A stretch of 64,000 nucleotides of DNA from Gammaproteobacteria bacterium. Lineage in GTDB: Bacteria; Pseudomonadota; Gammaproteobacteria; Steroidobacterales; Foliamicaceae. A model generated the notes under the pieces. The model was not told where the DNA came from and did not search any database. It saw nothing but the letters and a program-made list of their open reading frames with translations. The stretch is from assembly GCA_009844425.1 (NCBI GenBank), contig VYBN01000003.1, positions 24,435 through 88,434 of the forward strand, given 5' to 3'. Below, piece by piece: positions 37,307 to 47,096 of the stretch. The position numbers and the translations under genes were made by a program. The stretch's first letter is position 1; the number at the start of each line of letters is the position of its first letter.

Positions 37307-38572
37307 CTAGGCGGAGCGGGCTACGTTCAGGGCATGCCACCGTAGTGCTTCCCGATTGGGACGATGTTGCGCGCACGCGGGCTTCCTGAGCCGCCGCCCT
37401 CGAAATTGTCGCAGCCAGTGGTTGCGTGGGTTGGTATCAACTTCTTCGGCCAAGCCAACACGGAGGTCATCGTCGATCCAAAGCATTCCATGGTCGAATG
37501 CCCAATGAATCGTGCGGTTCAGCGCAAGTCCGTTATAGACCACATCTCTGCCGCCACGGGACACCGGTATGATGTGTGCCGCCTCAACCTCGAAGTGGCA
37601 TCCGGTTTCCATCCCTTGTGTGTGTGCAATTCCCAACCCAGATATAGCGCATCGAGAATCGTATGCGCCCAACACCGCAGTACGAAACATGTCGGACCGG
37701 ATCTTCATTCGGCGTTCCGTGGTTCCTCTGGTGCCCAACTTCTCAAGAAGGTCATTCAAATGCCGGGCGACCGATTGGCTATCTGGCAGCGCGCCAATTT
37801 TCCTCATCCCATCGAACGGTTGGAGTGACGGTTCCTGCCCAACTTCCCCGTTATTCAACCACGCTGAAAAATGTTCAGGGAGTAGCGCAATAATCGTGTC
37901 GGCTGAAAGGCTCGAAAGCTCAAAACAATCGGGCAGGTTGTTGAGGAATCTGCAGTAGGCGCGCAGTCCGTTTTCGTCATTGGAATAACCGCGTCTGGGG
38001 CCCCCCGCTTTGGGGTGTCCGTAAAGTCGGCTCGCCGCGATCAGCGCACCCGGGCTGGCCATTACCCGCATACGTTCGCCGAGGTGAGTAGCCGCGATCC
38101 CGTGTACCGGCAAGGCGTAAGACAGGAGGAGGTCCAACTCACCATTGGGGCCGCCGCTGTAACGGCGCAGCAACATGTAGGGGCCACGCAGAAGATGGCG
38201 GTGGCGTCTCCGCGCGTCGGGGTTTTCGAGCAAGTGCCGTCCGTCGGCACCCGGCTTTCGTACTCCGGCACGGCTTGCCGGGCACACGGCATCGAAGTAG
38301 TAGAGTGAAAGCCATTCCCACATGCCGTCTTCGTCGGCATCCGCTGTAACGCCGCCTTCCACGAACCGCCCATCGATGTACTCCGCGAACTCCCTTCGGC
38401 TTGCAAAGCTTCGCGGTTCGACAGCTATATTGCCGAGTACGCACGGAGCCGAGTGCACTGCGTCGGTCAGGAGCGCAACCGGCGGCGGCAAACTGCCGTT
38501 GCGTCTCAAGCGCGCCAGATATCGGCCAAACTCGCCAATGCCGCTGGCGGTCAAGATCCTGACCGTCTGCAT
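37307..38572 (-). CDS. HNH_2-type nuclease with an unrecognised ~290-aa N-terminal domain
   Basis: 421 aa. C-terminal CAISGLG...EAAHIIPVSRGG...NGLALNRTIHWAFDHGMLWID matches the HNH_2 (COG3440-like restriction endonuclease) pattern. The N-terminal domain is unknown to me. Confidence 0.75.
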   Translation of the reverse strand: MQTVRILTASGIGEFGRYLARLRRNGSLPPPVALLTDAVHSAPCVLGNIAVEPRSFASRREFAEYIDGRFVEGGVTADADEDGMWEWLSLYYFDAVCPASRAGVRKPGADGRHLLENPDARRRHRHLLRGPYMLLRRYSGGPNGELDLLLSYALPVHGIAATHLGERMRVMASPGALIAASRLYGHPKAGGPRRGYSNDENGLRAYCRFLNNLPDCFELSSLSADTIIALLPEHFSAWLNNGEVGQEPSLQPFDGMRKIGALPDSQSVARHLNDLLEKLGTRGTTERRMKIRSDMFRTAVLGAYDSRCAISGLGIAHTQGMETGCHFEVEAAHIIPVSRGGRDVVYNGLALNRTIHWAFDHGMLWIDDDLRVGLAEEVDTNPRNHWLRQFRGRRLRKPACAQHRPNREALRWHALNVARSA

Positions 38573-38592
38573 CTGTTCAATCGTCCGTTTCC

Positions 38593-39804
38593 CTACCAGT
38601 GCCAGAGGGTGCCGTCCTCCAGGCGGTTGACCGGTAGCGAAGCCGGGCGGTAGGGATACTTCGCTGCGAGCTTTTCATTGATATCCACGCCGTGGCCGGG
38701 CGCCTCGCCCGGATGCAGGTAGCCGTCCTCGAAGCGCCAGGCGCGGGGGAAAACGGCGTCGGTTTCGTCGGTGTGGCGCATGTATTCCTGGATGCCGAAG
38801 TTCGGCACCGACAGGTCGAAGTGCAGCGCGGCGCCCATGCTGACCGGGGAGAGGTCGGTGGCGCCGTGGCAGCCGGTGCGCACCTGGTGGAGCGCCGCGA
38901 GCGCGGCGATCTGGCGCAGGTGGGTGATGCCGCCGGCGTGGGGGACGGTGCAGCGGATGTAGTCGATCAACTGGTTCTCGATCAGGTCCTTGCAGTCCCA
39001 GATGGTGTTGAAGACTTCACCCGCCGCCAGCGGCGTGGTCGTGTGCGAGCGGATCAGCCGGAAGGACTCCTGGTTCTCGGCCGGCGTTGGGTCCTCCATC
39101 CAGAACAGTGCATACGGTTCCAGCGCCTTGCCCAGTCGGCCGGCCTCGATGGGCGTCAGGCGGTGATGCACGTCGTGCAGCAGGTGCGGCGTGAAGCCGT
39201 ATTCCTCGCGCAGGGCGGCGAACAGCTCGGGCACGGAGTTGAGGTATTTCTCCGACGACCAGACGTTCTCCTCCGGGAGCGCCGACGAGGCCGGTTCGTA
39301 ATACATTCGGTCCTTGCTTACGCCGTAGGTTCCCGCCAGCCCGGGTACGCCGCACTGGGCGCGCACGGCCTTGTAGCCGAGTTCCAGGTAGCGGCCCACT
39401 TCAGCCACGGTGTCGGCAACGGTCTCACCGTTGGCGTGGCCGTAGCAGAGCACACCGTCGCGGCTTCGCCCGCCCAGCAACTGGTAGAGCGGCATCCCGG
39501 CCGCCTTGGCCTTGATGTCCCAGAGCGCGGTGTCCACCGCGCCGATCGCGGTCATCGTGACCGGCCCCCGGCGCCAGTATGCGCCCCGATACAGGTACTG
39601 CCAGGTGTCCTCGATGCGGTCGGCCTCGCGCCCGATCAGAGTGGGGATCACGTGGTCGTTCAGATAGCTGACGACGGCCATTTCCCGCCCGTTGAGCGTG
39701 GCGTCGCCGAGGCCGTGGACGCCATCGTCCGTGACGATCTTCAGCGTAACGAAATTGCGCCCCGGACAGGTCACGATCACGCGCGCTTCGGCGATCCGGG
39801 GCAT
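38593..39804 (-). CDS. manD: enolase-superfamily D-mannonate/D-galactonate dehydratase family protein
   Basis: ATG at 39804. [33 protein letters not shown] and [15 protein letters not shown] are typical of the ManD subgroup. Confidence 0.8.
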   Translation of the reverse strand: MPRIAEARVIVTCPGRNFVTLKIVTDDGVHGLGDATLNGREMAVVSYLNDHVIPTLIGREADRIEDTWQYLYRGAYWRRGPVTMTAIGAVDTALWDIKAKAAGMPLYQLLGGRSRDGVLCYGHANGETVADTVAEVGRYLELGYKAVRAQCGVPGLAGTYGVSKDRMYYEPASSALPEENVWSSEKYLNSVPELFAALREEYGFTPHLLHDVHHRLTPIEAGRLGKALEPYALFWMEDPTPAENQESFRLIRSHTTTPLAAGEVFNTIWDCKDLIENQLIDYIRCTVPHAGGITHLRQIAALAALHQVRTGCHGATDLSPVSMGAALHFDLSVPNFGIQEYMRHTDETDAVFPRAWRFEDGYLHPGEAPGHGVDINEKLAAKYPYRPASLPVNRLEDGTLWHW

Positions 39805-39819
39805 TAGCGGGAACACGCC

Positions 39820-41310
39820 CTAGTCCATCCTCGCCATGATCGACTTGGTTTCCATGTAGATATTGAGGCCCTCCAGGCCGTGCTCGCGGCCCCAGCCGGA
39901 CTGCTTGTAGCCGCCGATCGGCATCGAGAGTTCCGGGATGCCGTGCGAGTTGATCCAGACGATGCCGGACTCCAGGCTCTCGGCGGTCTCGTGTCCACGC
40001 GCCAGGTCGCCGGTCCAGATGCTGGCCGCCAGACCGTATCGGCTTTGATTGGCCAGGCGGAGGGCCTCCTCCGCCGTGTCGAAAGGCGCTACGGTCACGA
40101 CGGGCCCGAAGACTTCCTCGCGCGTGATGCGCATCTCTTCGCCGGCATCGGCGAAAACCGTCGGCGGATAGAAATAGCCCTGGCCCGCGAGCGGTTCTCC
40201 GCCGGCGACCAGCCGCGCGCCCTCGCTCACGCCGGATTGAACGAGGTCGTGAACGGAATCGCGGTGCGAAGCGCTGATCAGCGGCCCCATCTCCGAGTCG
40301 GGATCAAGGCCGGGTCCCAGCCTGAGCCCGCGGGCGGTTTCCGCCAGGCCGTCAAGGACTTCCCGGTAAACGCTTTGTTCGGCATAAACGCGGGAGCCCG
40401 CCACGCATACTTGCCCGGCGTTGGCGAAAATGGCGTCGGCAGCTCCGGCAATCGCCCGCGGCAAGTCGGCATCGCCGAAGATCAATACAGGCGACTTGCC
40501 CCCGAGTTCCAGCGAAAGACGCTTCAGGTTGCCGCGCGCATCCGCCAGCAATTGCTTGCCCACCTCGGTGGATCCGGTGAACGCTACCTTGTTCACCTCC
40601 GGATGGCGCGCCAGGTGTTGTCCCAGCCTGCCGCCGGGGCCGGGCAGAACGCTCACCACTCCTTCGGGCACGCCGGCTTCCAGCAGCAGGCGCCCCAGGT
40701 ACAAGGCCGTCAACGGAGTGATTTCCGCAGGCTTGAGAATGCAACTGCAGCCTGCCGCCAGCGCCGGCGCCAGTTTCCAGGCGGCCATGACCAGCGGCCC
40801 GTTCCACGGCACGATCTGCACCGCGACGCCCACCGGTTCGTTGCGGATCAGGCCGTGGAAGCGCTGACCCGGAACCGAGGGATCGAAGGTGGCGCCGGGC
40901 AGCTTTGTGCACCAGCCGGCGTAGTAGCGGAAAGTCTCGGCGGCGTGGGCGACCTCGCCGTGCAGCGCGGCGGCGTAGAGCTTTCCGCCGTTGAGCGTTT
41001 CCAGTTCCGCCAGCGTCTGTGCATCCCGCTCGATCAACTCCGCCACGTGCAGCAGTACCCGCTGCTTGTGCGCCGGCGTCTGTCCGCTCCAGCGCCGGTC
41101 CAGGAAGGCCGCGCGCGCCGCTGCGACCGCGTCGTCCGCCTGCTCCAGTGAAGCGGGCGGAACGCTGGCGATCGGATTGCCATCCGCAGGATCGATAATC
41201 GGCTTCGCTTCGCCGCCTGCTCCGGCGACCCAGTCCTCGCCGACGAGCGCGCGATGCTCACCGGCCAGCAAGTCCAGCGCCGCTTGCGAAACCTTGTGGG
41301 GGGTGTTCAT
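39820..41310 (-). CDS. NAD(P)-dependent aldehyde dehydrogenase
   Basis: ATG at 41310. FTGSTEVGK, ELGGKSP and NAGQVCVAGSR (catalytic Cys) motifs. Confidence 0.9.
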   Translation of the reverse strand: MNTPHKVSQAALDLLAGEHRALVGEDWVAGAGGEAKPIIDPADGNPIASVPPASLEQADDAVAAARAAFLDRRWSGQTPAHKQRVLLHVAELIERDAQTLAELETLNGGKLYAAALHGEVAHAAETFRYYAGWCTKLPGATFDPSVPGQRFHGLIRNEPVGVAVQIVPWNGPLVMAAWKLAPALAAGCSCILKPAEITPLTALYLGRLLLEAGVPEGVVSVLPGPGGRLGQHLARHPEVNKVAFTGSTEVGKQLLADARGNLKRLSLELGGKSPVLIFGDADLPRAIAGAADAIFANAGQVCVAGSRVYAEQSVYREVLDGLAETARGLRLGPGLDPDSEMGPLISASHRDSVHDLVQSGVSEGARLVAGGEPLAGQGYFYPPTVFADAGEEMRITREEVFGPVVTVAPFDTAEEALRLANQSRYGLAASIWTGDLARGHETAESLESGIVWINSHGIPELSMPIGGYKQSGWGREHGLEGLNIYMETKSIMARMD

Positions 41311-41338
41311 TGCGGGGCGGTCACTGTCGTCTTGCTTT

Positions 41339-41410
41339 CGAGGGCGGGACGCCCTCGCTCCCGGGGTTGAGGGCGAGGACGCCGCGAGGGTCATGCCCTC
41401 GCTCCCAGGA
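41339..41410. repeat. REP-like C-family element (two hairpins)
   Basis: CGAGGGCG-gga-CGCCCTCG (41339-41357), then the core GAGGGCGAGGACGCCGCGAGGGTCATGCCCTCGCTCCCAGGA (41369-41410). It ends exactly at the ilvC stop codon. Confidence 0.8.
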
Positions 41411-42397
41411 TCAGTCCTTGGGCAGCCAGTTCATCATCTTGCGGAGGTCGGCGCCGACGGCCTCGATGGGATGGGCGGCCGTCTTGGCCCGCAGTTCGTG
41501 CAGGCGCGGTTCGCCGTTCTCGAATTCCTCGATCCATTCGCGGGCGAAGGCGCCGGACTGGATGTCGGCCAGGATCTGCTTCATTGCCTTGCGCGACGCG
41601 TCGCCCACCACCCTGGGTCCGCGCGAGTAGTTGCCGTACTCGGCGGTGTCGCTGACCGAGTAGTTCATGCGCTTGAGGCCGCCCTCGTAGTACAGGTCCA
41701 CGATCAGTTTCAGTTCGTGCAGCACTTCGAAGTAGGCGAGTTCCGGTGGATAGCCGGCTTCCACCAGCGTTTCGAAGCCGGCCTTGATCAGCTCCTCCGA
41801 GCCGCCGCACAGCACGGCCTGTTCGCCGAACAGGTCGGTTTCGGTCTCGTCCTTGAAGTTGGTCTCGATGACGCCCGCGCGGATCCCGCCAATGCCGTCG
41901 GCATAGCTGAGCGCCAGGTCCAGCGCACCGCCGGTGGCGTCCTGGTGGACGGCGGCCAGGCAAGGCACGCCGGCGCCCTGCAGGTACATCCGCCGCACCA
42001 GGTGTCCGGGGCTCTTCGGCGCCACCATGAACACGTCCACGTCCGCCGGTGGCTTGACCTGGCCGTATAGCACGCTGAAGCCGTGTCCCACGGCCAGCGC
42101 CTGACCCGCTTCGATGTTGGGCGCCACCGCCGATTCATAGACGCGCCGGTGGTGCTGGTCCGGGACCAGGATCATGATCACGTCGCCCCAGGCGGCGGCC
42201 GCGTCCATCTCGAGCACGCTCAAGCCTTGCGACTCCGCCTCTTCGCGCGAGGAGGAACCCTCGCGCAGCCCCACCACGACCTGCACGCCGCTTTCCTTGA
42301 GGTTCAGGGCATGCGCGTGCCCCTGGCTTCCGTAACCCAGCACCGCCACCTTGCGGCCGCGAATGATGGACGGATCGGCTTCGTAATGAATCTTCAT
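41411..42397 (-). CDS. ilvC: ketol-acid reductoisomerase
   Basis: 328 aa. [17 protein letters not shown] and class-I KARI features throughout. Confidence 0.95.
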   Translation of the reverse strand: MKIHYEADPSIIRGRKVAVLGYGSQGHAHALNLKESGVQVVVGLREGSSSREEAESQGLSVLEMDAAAAWGDVIMILVPDQHHRRVYESAVAPNIEAGQALAVGHGFSVLYGQVKPPADVDVFMVAPKSPGHLVRRMYLQGAGVPCLAAVHQDATGGALDLALSYADGIGGIRAGVIETNFKDETETDLFGEQAVLCGGSEELIKAGFETLVEAGYPPELAYFEVLHELKLIVDLYYEGGLKRMNYSVSDTAEYGNYSRGPRVVGDASRKAMKQILADIQSGAFAREWIEEFENGEPRLHELRAKTAAHPIEAVGADLRKMMNWLPKD

Positions 42398-42443
42398 GTT
42401 CGTTCCCTTATCTGGAATGTGCGGATCGGGGCGTCAACCCTTC

Positions 42444-42553
42444 GGTTGCTTCCGCATCCTGTTCCCCGGAGACGCCGACGAGCACATCCCTGTGGGCTCG
42501 GGTTCCGGCATCCCTGCCTCACAAGCTCCGGGGAACAGGATGCGGAAGCAACC
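42444..42553. repeat. B2-core hairpin in inverted orientation with a different stem
   Basis: Arms 42444-42470 and 42527-42553 are perfect (27 bp). The reverse complement of the 56-nt loop contains GAGGCAGGGATGCCGG..CGAGCCCACAGGGATGTGCTCG, the core seen at 16884-16933 and 54719-54769. Confidence 0.85.
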
Positions 42554-42576
42554 TTTAGGCGAGGCGACACCTGGAC

Positions 42577-43167
42577 TTAAATCTCGCTGCCGGCGGGTTG
42601 CAGCGCCCTTTGCATGGCCACGCGCCCCGAGCGCGCGACTTCCTCGATCCCGTGCGTTCTCATCAGATTGACGAAGGCATCGACTTTCCTGGTCGGCCCC
42701 ACGATCTCCAGCGCCAGGATGTCCGGCGTCACGTCCACGACCCTGCCGCGAAAGATCTCGTTGATCTGCAGCACCTCCGAGCGCTTCGCGCCGGTGCAGC
42801 GCACCTTGATCATGCACAGTTCCCGCTCGACGAAGTCCGTGCCGGTGACGTCGTACACGGCGATCGTGTCCACCAGCCGGTTGAGCTGGCGGATGATCTG
42901 GGAAATGACCCGGTCGTTGCCGCGCGTCACGATGCACATGCGCGAAATCGTCGAGTCCTCGGTTACGCCCACCGTCACGCTGTCCAGATTGAACCCGCGC
43001 GCGGAAAACATGTTCACGACCCGGATCAGCGCGCCCATCGAGTTCTCCACCAGCACGTTGATGATGTGCTGCTGGGACTGGGGCGGCCCGCCCGGCTCCA
43101 CCGGCTCGCCCGCCGCCCGCTTGCGGATGAGCTGCTGCGGCGTCAGCGTTATCGCTTCCTCGTTCAT
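42577..43167 (-). CDS. ilvN: acetolactate synthase small (regulatory) subunit
   Basis: 196 aa with an ACT-domain pattern (HIINVLVENSMGALIRVVNMFSARGFNLDSVTV). Its start forms an ATGA overlap with the large-subunit gene. Confidence 0.9.
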   Translation of the reverse strand: MNEEAITLTPQQLIRKRAAGEPVEPGGPPQSQQHIINVLVENSMGALIRVVNMFSARGFNLDSVTVGVTEDSTISRMCIVTRGNDRVISQIIRQLNRLVDTIAVYDVTGTDFVERELCMIKVRCTGAKRSEVLQINEIFRGRVVDVTPDILALEIVGPTRKVDAFVNLMRTHGIEEVARSGRVAMQRALQPAGSEI

Positions 43168-44960
43168 ACGAAGGTCTCCGGCGCGTGCCGGGAGGTGATC
43201 ATTTCGTCCGACGACTTGCCGGCCGGCACCATTGGGAACACCATCTCTTCCTTCACCACCCGGAACTCCATCACGACCGGCCGGTCGTTGATCTTCCAGG
43301 CCTTCTCGATCACTTCATCGACCTGGTCCGGCCGTTCGGCGCGCAGGGCGGCGCAACGGCTGGCGCGCGCCAGCTGCACGAAGTCCGGGTTGGTGTCGGT
43401 GAGATCGGTGTGGCTGAAGCGGTTCTCGTGGAACAGTTCCTGCCACTGGCGCACCATGCCCAGGAAGTTGTTGTTCATGATCACGACCTTCAGCGGGATG
43501 CCGTGCGCCGCCGCGACCGCCAGTTCCTGCGCATTCATCATGAATCCGCCGTCGCCGTTGATCGAGATCACCGTCTTGTCTATGCCGTAGGCGCGCAGAC
43601 CGAAGCCCGCGCCCAGGGCCGCAGGCAGCGAGAATCCCATCGTTCCCAGGCCGCCGGAAGTGATGTGCGTGCGCGGCTGGGTGAACTTCAGGTACTGGGC
43701 GGCCCACATCTGGTTCTGTCCCACATCGGTGCACACGACTGCGTCGCCGCCGCTCTTCGCCCGCAGCTTCTCGAGCACGTACTGCGGGCGCAGTTCGCCG
43801 TCGTCGGCGTAGGTCAGCGGGCACTCGTCGCGCCAGTCCTGGATATTGTTCAGCCAGCGCTTGACCTTCTTGGGCTTGACCAGCGGCCGCAACTGTTCCA
43901 GCACCGACTTCACGTCGGCATTGAACGCGAGGTCGGCGTAGATGTTCTTGGAGATGCAGGACTTGTCGATCTCGATGTGAATGATCGCGGCATGCGGCGC
44001 CCAGCGGTCCACCATGCCGGTGACACGATCGTCGAAGCGCGCGCCCACGGCGATGATCAGGTCCGCATGCTGCACTGCCTGGTTGGCCCACCACATGCCG
44101 TGCATGCCCAGCATGCCCAGCGACAGCGGGTCGTCCTCGGGGAACGCGCCCAGCCCATGCAGGCTCGTGGTGACCGGGATATTCAGATGGTGCGCGAACT
44201 CGGTCAGCACTTCCGCGGCGTTGGAATTGATCGTTCCGCCGCCCACGTACAGCAGCGGCCGCTGCGACTTCTCGATCATCCGCACCGCCCGGTGCAGACG
44301 GATCTCGTCGCACTCGTCCGGAACCGAATAACCGCGCATGTGGATCTCGTCGTCGAACTGGAACACGCCCTCGGCCATCAGCACGTCCTTGGGCAGGTCC
44401 ACCACGACCGGCCCGGGCCGGCCAGTGCGCGCGAGGTGGTAGGCCTCGTGCACGATCCGCGGGATGTCGTCCGGAGAGCGCACCAGGTAGTTGTGCTTGG
44501 TGATGCTGCGGGTCACGCCCAGCGTGTCGGTCTCCTGGAACGCGTCGTTGCCGATCAGCGGCATGGGCACCTGGCCCGTGAACACCACGATCGGTACCGA
44601 GTCCATGAAGGCATCGGCAATGCCCGTCACGGTGTTGGTGGCGCCGGGACCGCTGGTCACCAGGACGGTTCCGACCTGGCCCGTGGCCTTGGCGTAGCCC
44701 TCGGCCGCATGCGTGCCGCCCTGCTCGTGGCGCACCAGTACATGCTGGAAGTTCGGCTTCACGCGCGCCATTTCGTCATATACGTGAATTACCGCGCCGC
44801 CGGGATGTCCGAAGACAACCCGCGCATCCTCCGCTTCCAGCGCGTGTAGAAAAATCTCCGCGCCCGACATCTTCTTGCCGATGTATTGCTGCACGGCGTC
44901 CCTGCCTCGCAGGCGCTGCGGCGTTTCCGCCACCGCTGCGGCAGTGCTAGTGCTAGACAT
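43164..44960 (-). CDS. ilvB: acetolactate synthase large (catalytic) subunit
   Basis: ThDP enzyme motifs ([26 protein letters not shown]). ATG at 44960 after GAGGAA; an alternative ATG lies at 44975. Confidence 0.9.
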   Translation of the reverse strand: MSSTSTAAAVAETPQRLRGRDAVQQYIGKKMSGAEIFLHALEAEDARVVFGHPGGAVIHVYDEMARVKPNFQHVLVRHEQGGTHAAEGYAKATGQVGTVLVTSGPGATNTVTGIADAFMDSVPIVVFTGQVPMPLIGNDAFQETDTLGVTRSITKHNYLVRSPDDIPRIVHEAYHLARTGRPGPVVVDLPKDVLMAEGVFQFDDEIHMRGYSVPDECDEIRLHRAVRMIEKSQRPLLYVGGGTINSNAAEVLTEFAHHLNIPVTTSLHGLGAFPEDDPLSLGMLGMHGMWWANQAVQHADLIIAVGARFDDRVTGMVDRWAPHAAIIHIEIDKSCISKNIYADLAFNADVKSVLEQLRPLVKPKKVKRWLNNIQDWRDECPLTYADDGELRPQYVLEKLRAKSGGDAVVCTDVGQNQMWAAQYLKFTQPRTHITSGGLGTMGFSLPAALGAGFGLRAYGIDKTVISINGDGGFMMNAQELAVAAAHGIPLKVVIMNNNFLGMVRQWQELFHENRFSHTDLTDTNPDFVQLARASRCAALRAERPDQVDEVIEKAWKINDRPVVMEFRVVKEEMVFPMVPAGKSSDEMITSRHAPETFV

Positions 44961-46686
44961 GGGTAAGTTCCTCATGACGTTCGGAAACCTTGCGCGTTTC
45001 GGCCCCTTCGGGACTGCCCACGCGCAGGATGGCGCCGGTGGAAGCGCTGGTCACGAAATGCGTGTAGCGCTCCAGCCAGCCACCCCTGATCTTCGGGCGG
45101 AACGGCTTGAGCCGTTCCCGCCGGCGTTCGAGTTCATCCGGGTCTACCATAAGGTCCACCCGCCGCTGCTTCAGGTCGATCACGATGCGATCGCCCGGCT
45201 CGACCAGCGCGATGGGACCCCCGGCGGCTGCCTCGGGCGAGACATGACCCACCGAAAGACCGCGGGTCGCGCCGGAAAACCGCCCGTCGGTCAGCAGCGC
45301 GGCGGCGGTATCCAGGCCCATGCCCGCGATTGCGGAGGTCGGCTGCAGCATTTCGGGCATGCCGGGACCGCCCCGCGGACCCTCATAGCGAATGATGACC
45401 ACGTCGCCTTCGCGCACCTCGCCGGCCATGATTCCCTCCACGGCTTCGTCCTGCGATTCGTAGATGCGGGCGCTGCCTTCGAACCTCTGCAGGTGCTCCG
45501 GCACCGCGCCGACCTTGATGATCGCGCCCTCGGGCGCCAGCGAGCCGAACAGCACGCTCAGGCCCCCGGTGGCGCGAAACGCGGTGGCGCGATCGCGAAT
45601 CACGGCGCGGTTTTGCACCTCGGCGTTCCTGAGCTGCTCGCCGAAGTTCCCGGCCACGGTGGGCCGGTCCGAGTTCAGAACGCCGATGGCGTCCAATTCC
45701 TTGAGGATGGCCTGCACGCCGCCCGCTTGTTCCACATCTTCCATGTGCACGTCCGGCGTGGCCGGCGAAACCTTGCAGATGTAGGGCACGCGGTCGGCCA
45801 TGCGGTTGATCCGGTCCAGGTCGTAGGGCACTTCCGCTTCGTGCGTGGCCGCCAGCAGGTGCAGCACCGTGTTGGTGGAACCGCCCATCGCCATATCGAG
45901 CGCGAAGCCGTCGTCGAAGGCGTCGGCGGTCACGATGTCGCGGGGCTTGAGATCCTGTTCAACAAGTTCCACTACGCGCGCGCCGGCCTTTCGCACCAGT
46001 TTCTCGCGGCGCGGATCCACGGCCAGGATGGAACCGTTGCCGGGCAGCGCCAGGCCCAGCGCCTCGACCAGGCAGTTCATGGAGTTAGCGGTGAACATGC
46101 CCGAGCATGAGCCGCAGGTGGGGCAGCTCAGTTGCTCGAGCTGGGCGAGTTCCTCATCGCTCATGTCGCCCTTCTGGTGGCGTCCCACCGCCTCGAACAC
46201 GCTGGCCAGGTCCACCTTGCCGCCGCCGGGCAGCTTGCCGGCCTTCATCGGACCGCCGGACACGAACACCGTCGGAATGTTGATCCGAAGCGCCCCCATC
46301 AGCATTCCGGGCACGATCTTGTCGCAGTTCGATATGCACACCAGGCCGTCCAGCCAGTGGGCCTGTGCCATGGTCTCGACCGAGTCGGCGATCAGTTCGC
46401 GCGACGGCAGCGAGTAGCGCATGCCGATGTGGCCCATCGCGATGCCGTCGTCCACGCCGATGGTGTTGAACTCGAACGGAACGCCGCCCGCTTCACGGAC
46501 CGCGTCGCGGGCGATGGCGCCGAGCTTCTGCAGGTGTACATGGCCGGGGATCAGCTCCACAAACGAGTTGCAGATGCCGATGAACGGGCGCTCGAAGTCC
46601 TCGTCCGAGCGGACGATGCCGGTGGCGCGCAGCAAGGAGCGGTGTGGCGCCCTTTCGATGCCACGTTTTACGGTGTCGCTTCTCAT
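44953..46686 (-). CDS. ilvD: dihydroxy-acid dehydratase
   Basis: ATG at 46686 ([19 protein letters not shown]...). CDKIVPGM and TDGRFSG motifs. The longer track ORF extends into palindromic repeat DNA. Confidence 0.9.
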   Translation of the reverse strand: MRSDTVKRGIERAPHRSLLRATGIVRSDEDFERPFIGICNSFVELIPGHVHLQKLGAIARDAVREAGGVPFEFNTIGVDDGIAMGHIGMRYSLPSRELIADSVETMAQAHWLDGLVCISNCDKIVPGMLMGALRINIPTVFVSGGPMKAGKLPGGGKVDLASVFEAVGRHQKGDMSDEELAQLEQLSCPTCGSCSGMFTANSMNCLVEALGLALPGNGSILAVDPRREKLVRKAGARVVELVEQDLKPRDIVTADAFDDGFALDMAMGGSTNTVLHLLAATHEAEVPYDLDRINRMADRVPYICKVSPATPDVHMEDVEQAGGVQAILKELDAIGVLNSDRPTVAGNFGEQLRNAEVQNRAVIRDRATAFRATGGLSVLFGSLAPEGAIIKVGAVPEHLQRFEGSARIYESQDEAVEGIMAGEVREGDVVIIRYEGPRGGPGMPEMLQPTSAIAGMGLDTAAALLTDGRFSGATRGLSVGHVSPEAAAGGPIALVEPGDRIVIDLKQRRVDLMVDPDELERRRERLKPFRPKIRGGWLERYTHFVTSASTGAILRVGSPEGAETRKVSERHEELTHV

Positions 46687-46696
46687 TTCCCCAGGC

Positions 46697-46963
46697 TTAG
46701 TGCCGTGTCGAACAGATACCTTTGCATCAGCGCGTTCCCCATGGCGTGTGGCAAGGCGCGTCTCGCCGGGAATGGTGATTCCATTGCCCAGGGGCGCAAC
46801 GCGGCTACGGGCCATGGGGAACGCGCCCTTCGGGAGCGAGCGGGGCGCGCCACTGCGGCGTTGCAGCCCTGGGCAATACGTGCAGTATTCCCTGCGGTCT
46901 GCGCCTTGCATTGGCCCGCCCCGCTCGCTCTGATGCGAAGGTATCTGTTCGACACGGCACTAA
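46697..46963. repeat. 267-bp foldback/MITE-like element with 34-bp terminal inverted repeats and nested internal palindromes
   Basis: TIRs 46697-46730 and 46930-46963 have 1 mismatch. Internal perfect inverted repeats: 46731-46745 with 46811-46825 (15 bp), and 46844-46857 with 46917-46930 (14 bp). An imperfect cross-pair links 46784-46803 with 46858-46877. Confidence 0.8.
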
Positions 46964-47096
46964 TCTACCTGCGCCGGCGACTCGCGCCAGCGAAGCAAAA
47001 CATCTTACATCAGCAAGGGGTAGATTGAATATCCGCTAAATTGCGCAAGATATTGTGAATGGCTGTAAATTTACGGCTTCCGACCGGGAGTACTAC

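Noticed and set aside
46687-47096. A classical ilv leader-peptide attenuator upstream of ilvD.
   Set aside because: I translated the minus strand by hand and found only very short ORFs (M*, MFCFAGASRRRR*) and the in-frame extension of ilvD. None has Ile/Leu/Val runs. There is no U-rich tract after the hairpins.
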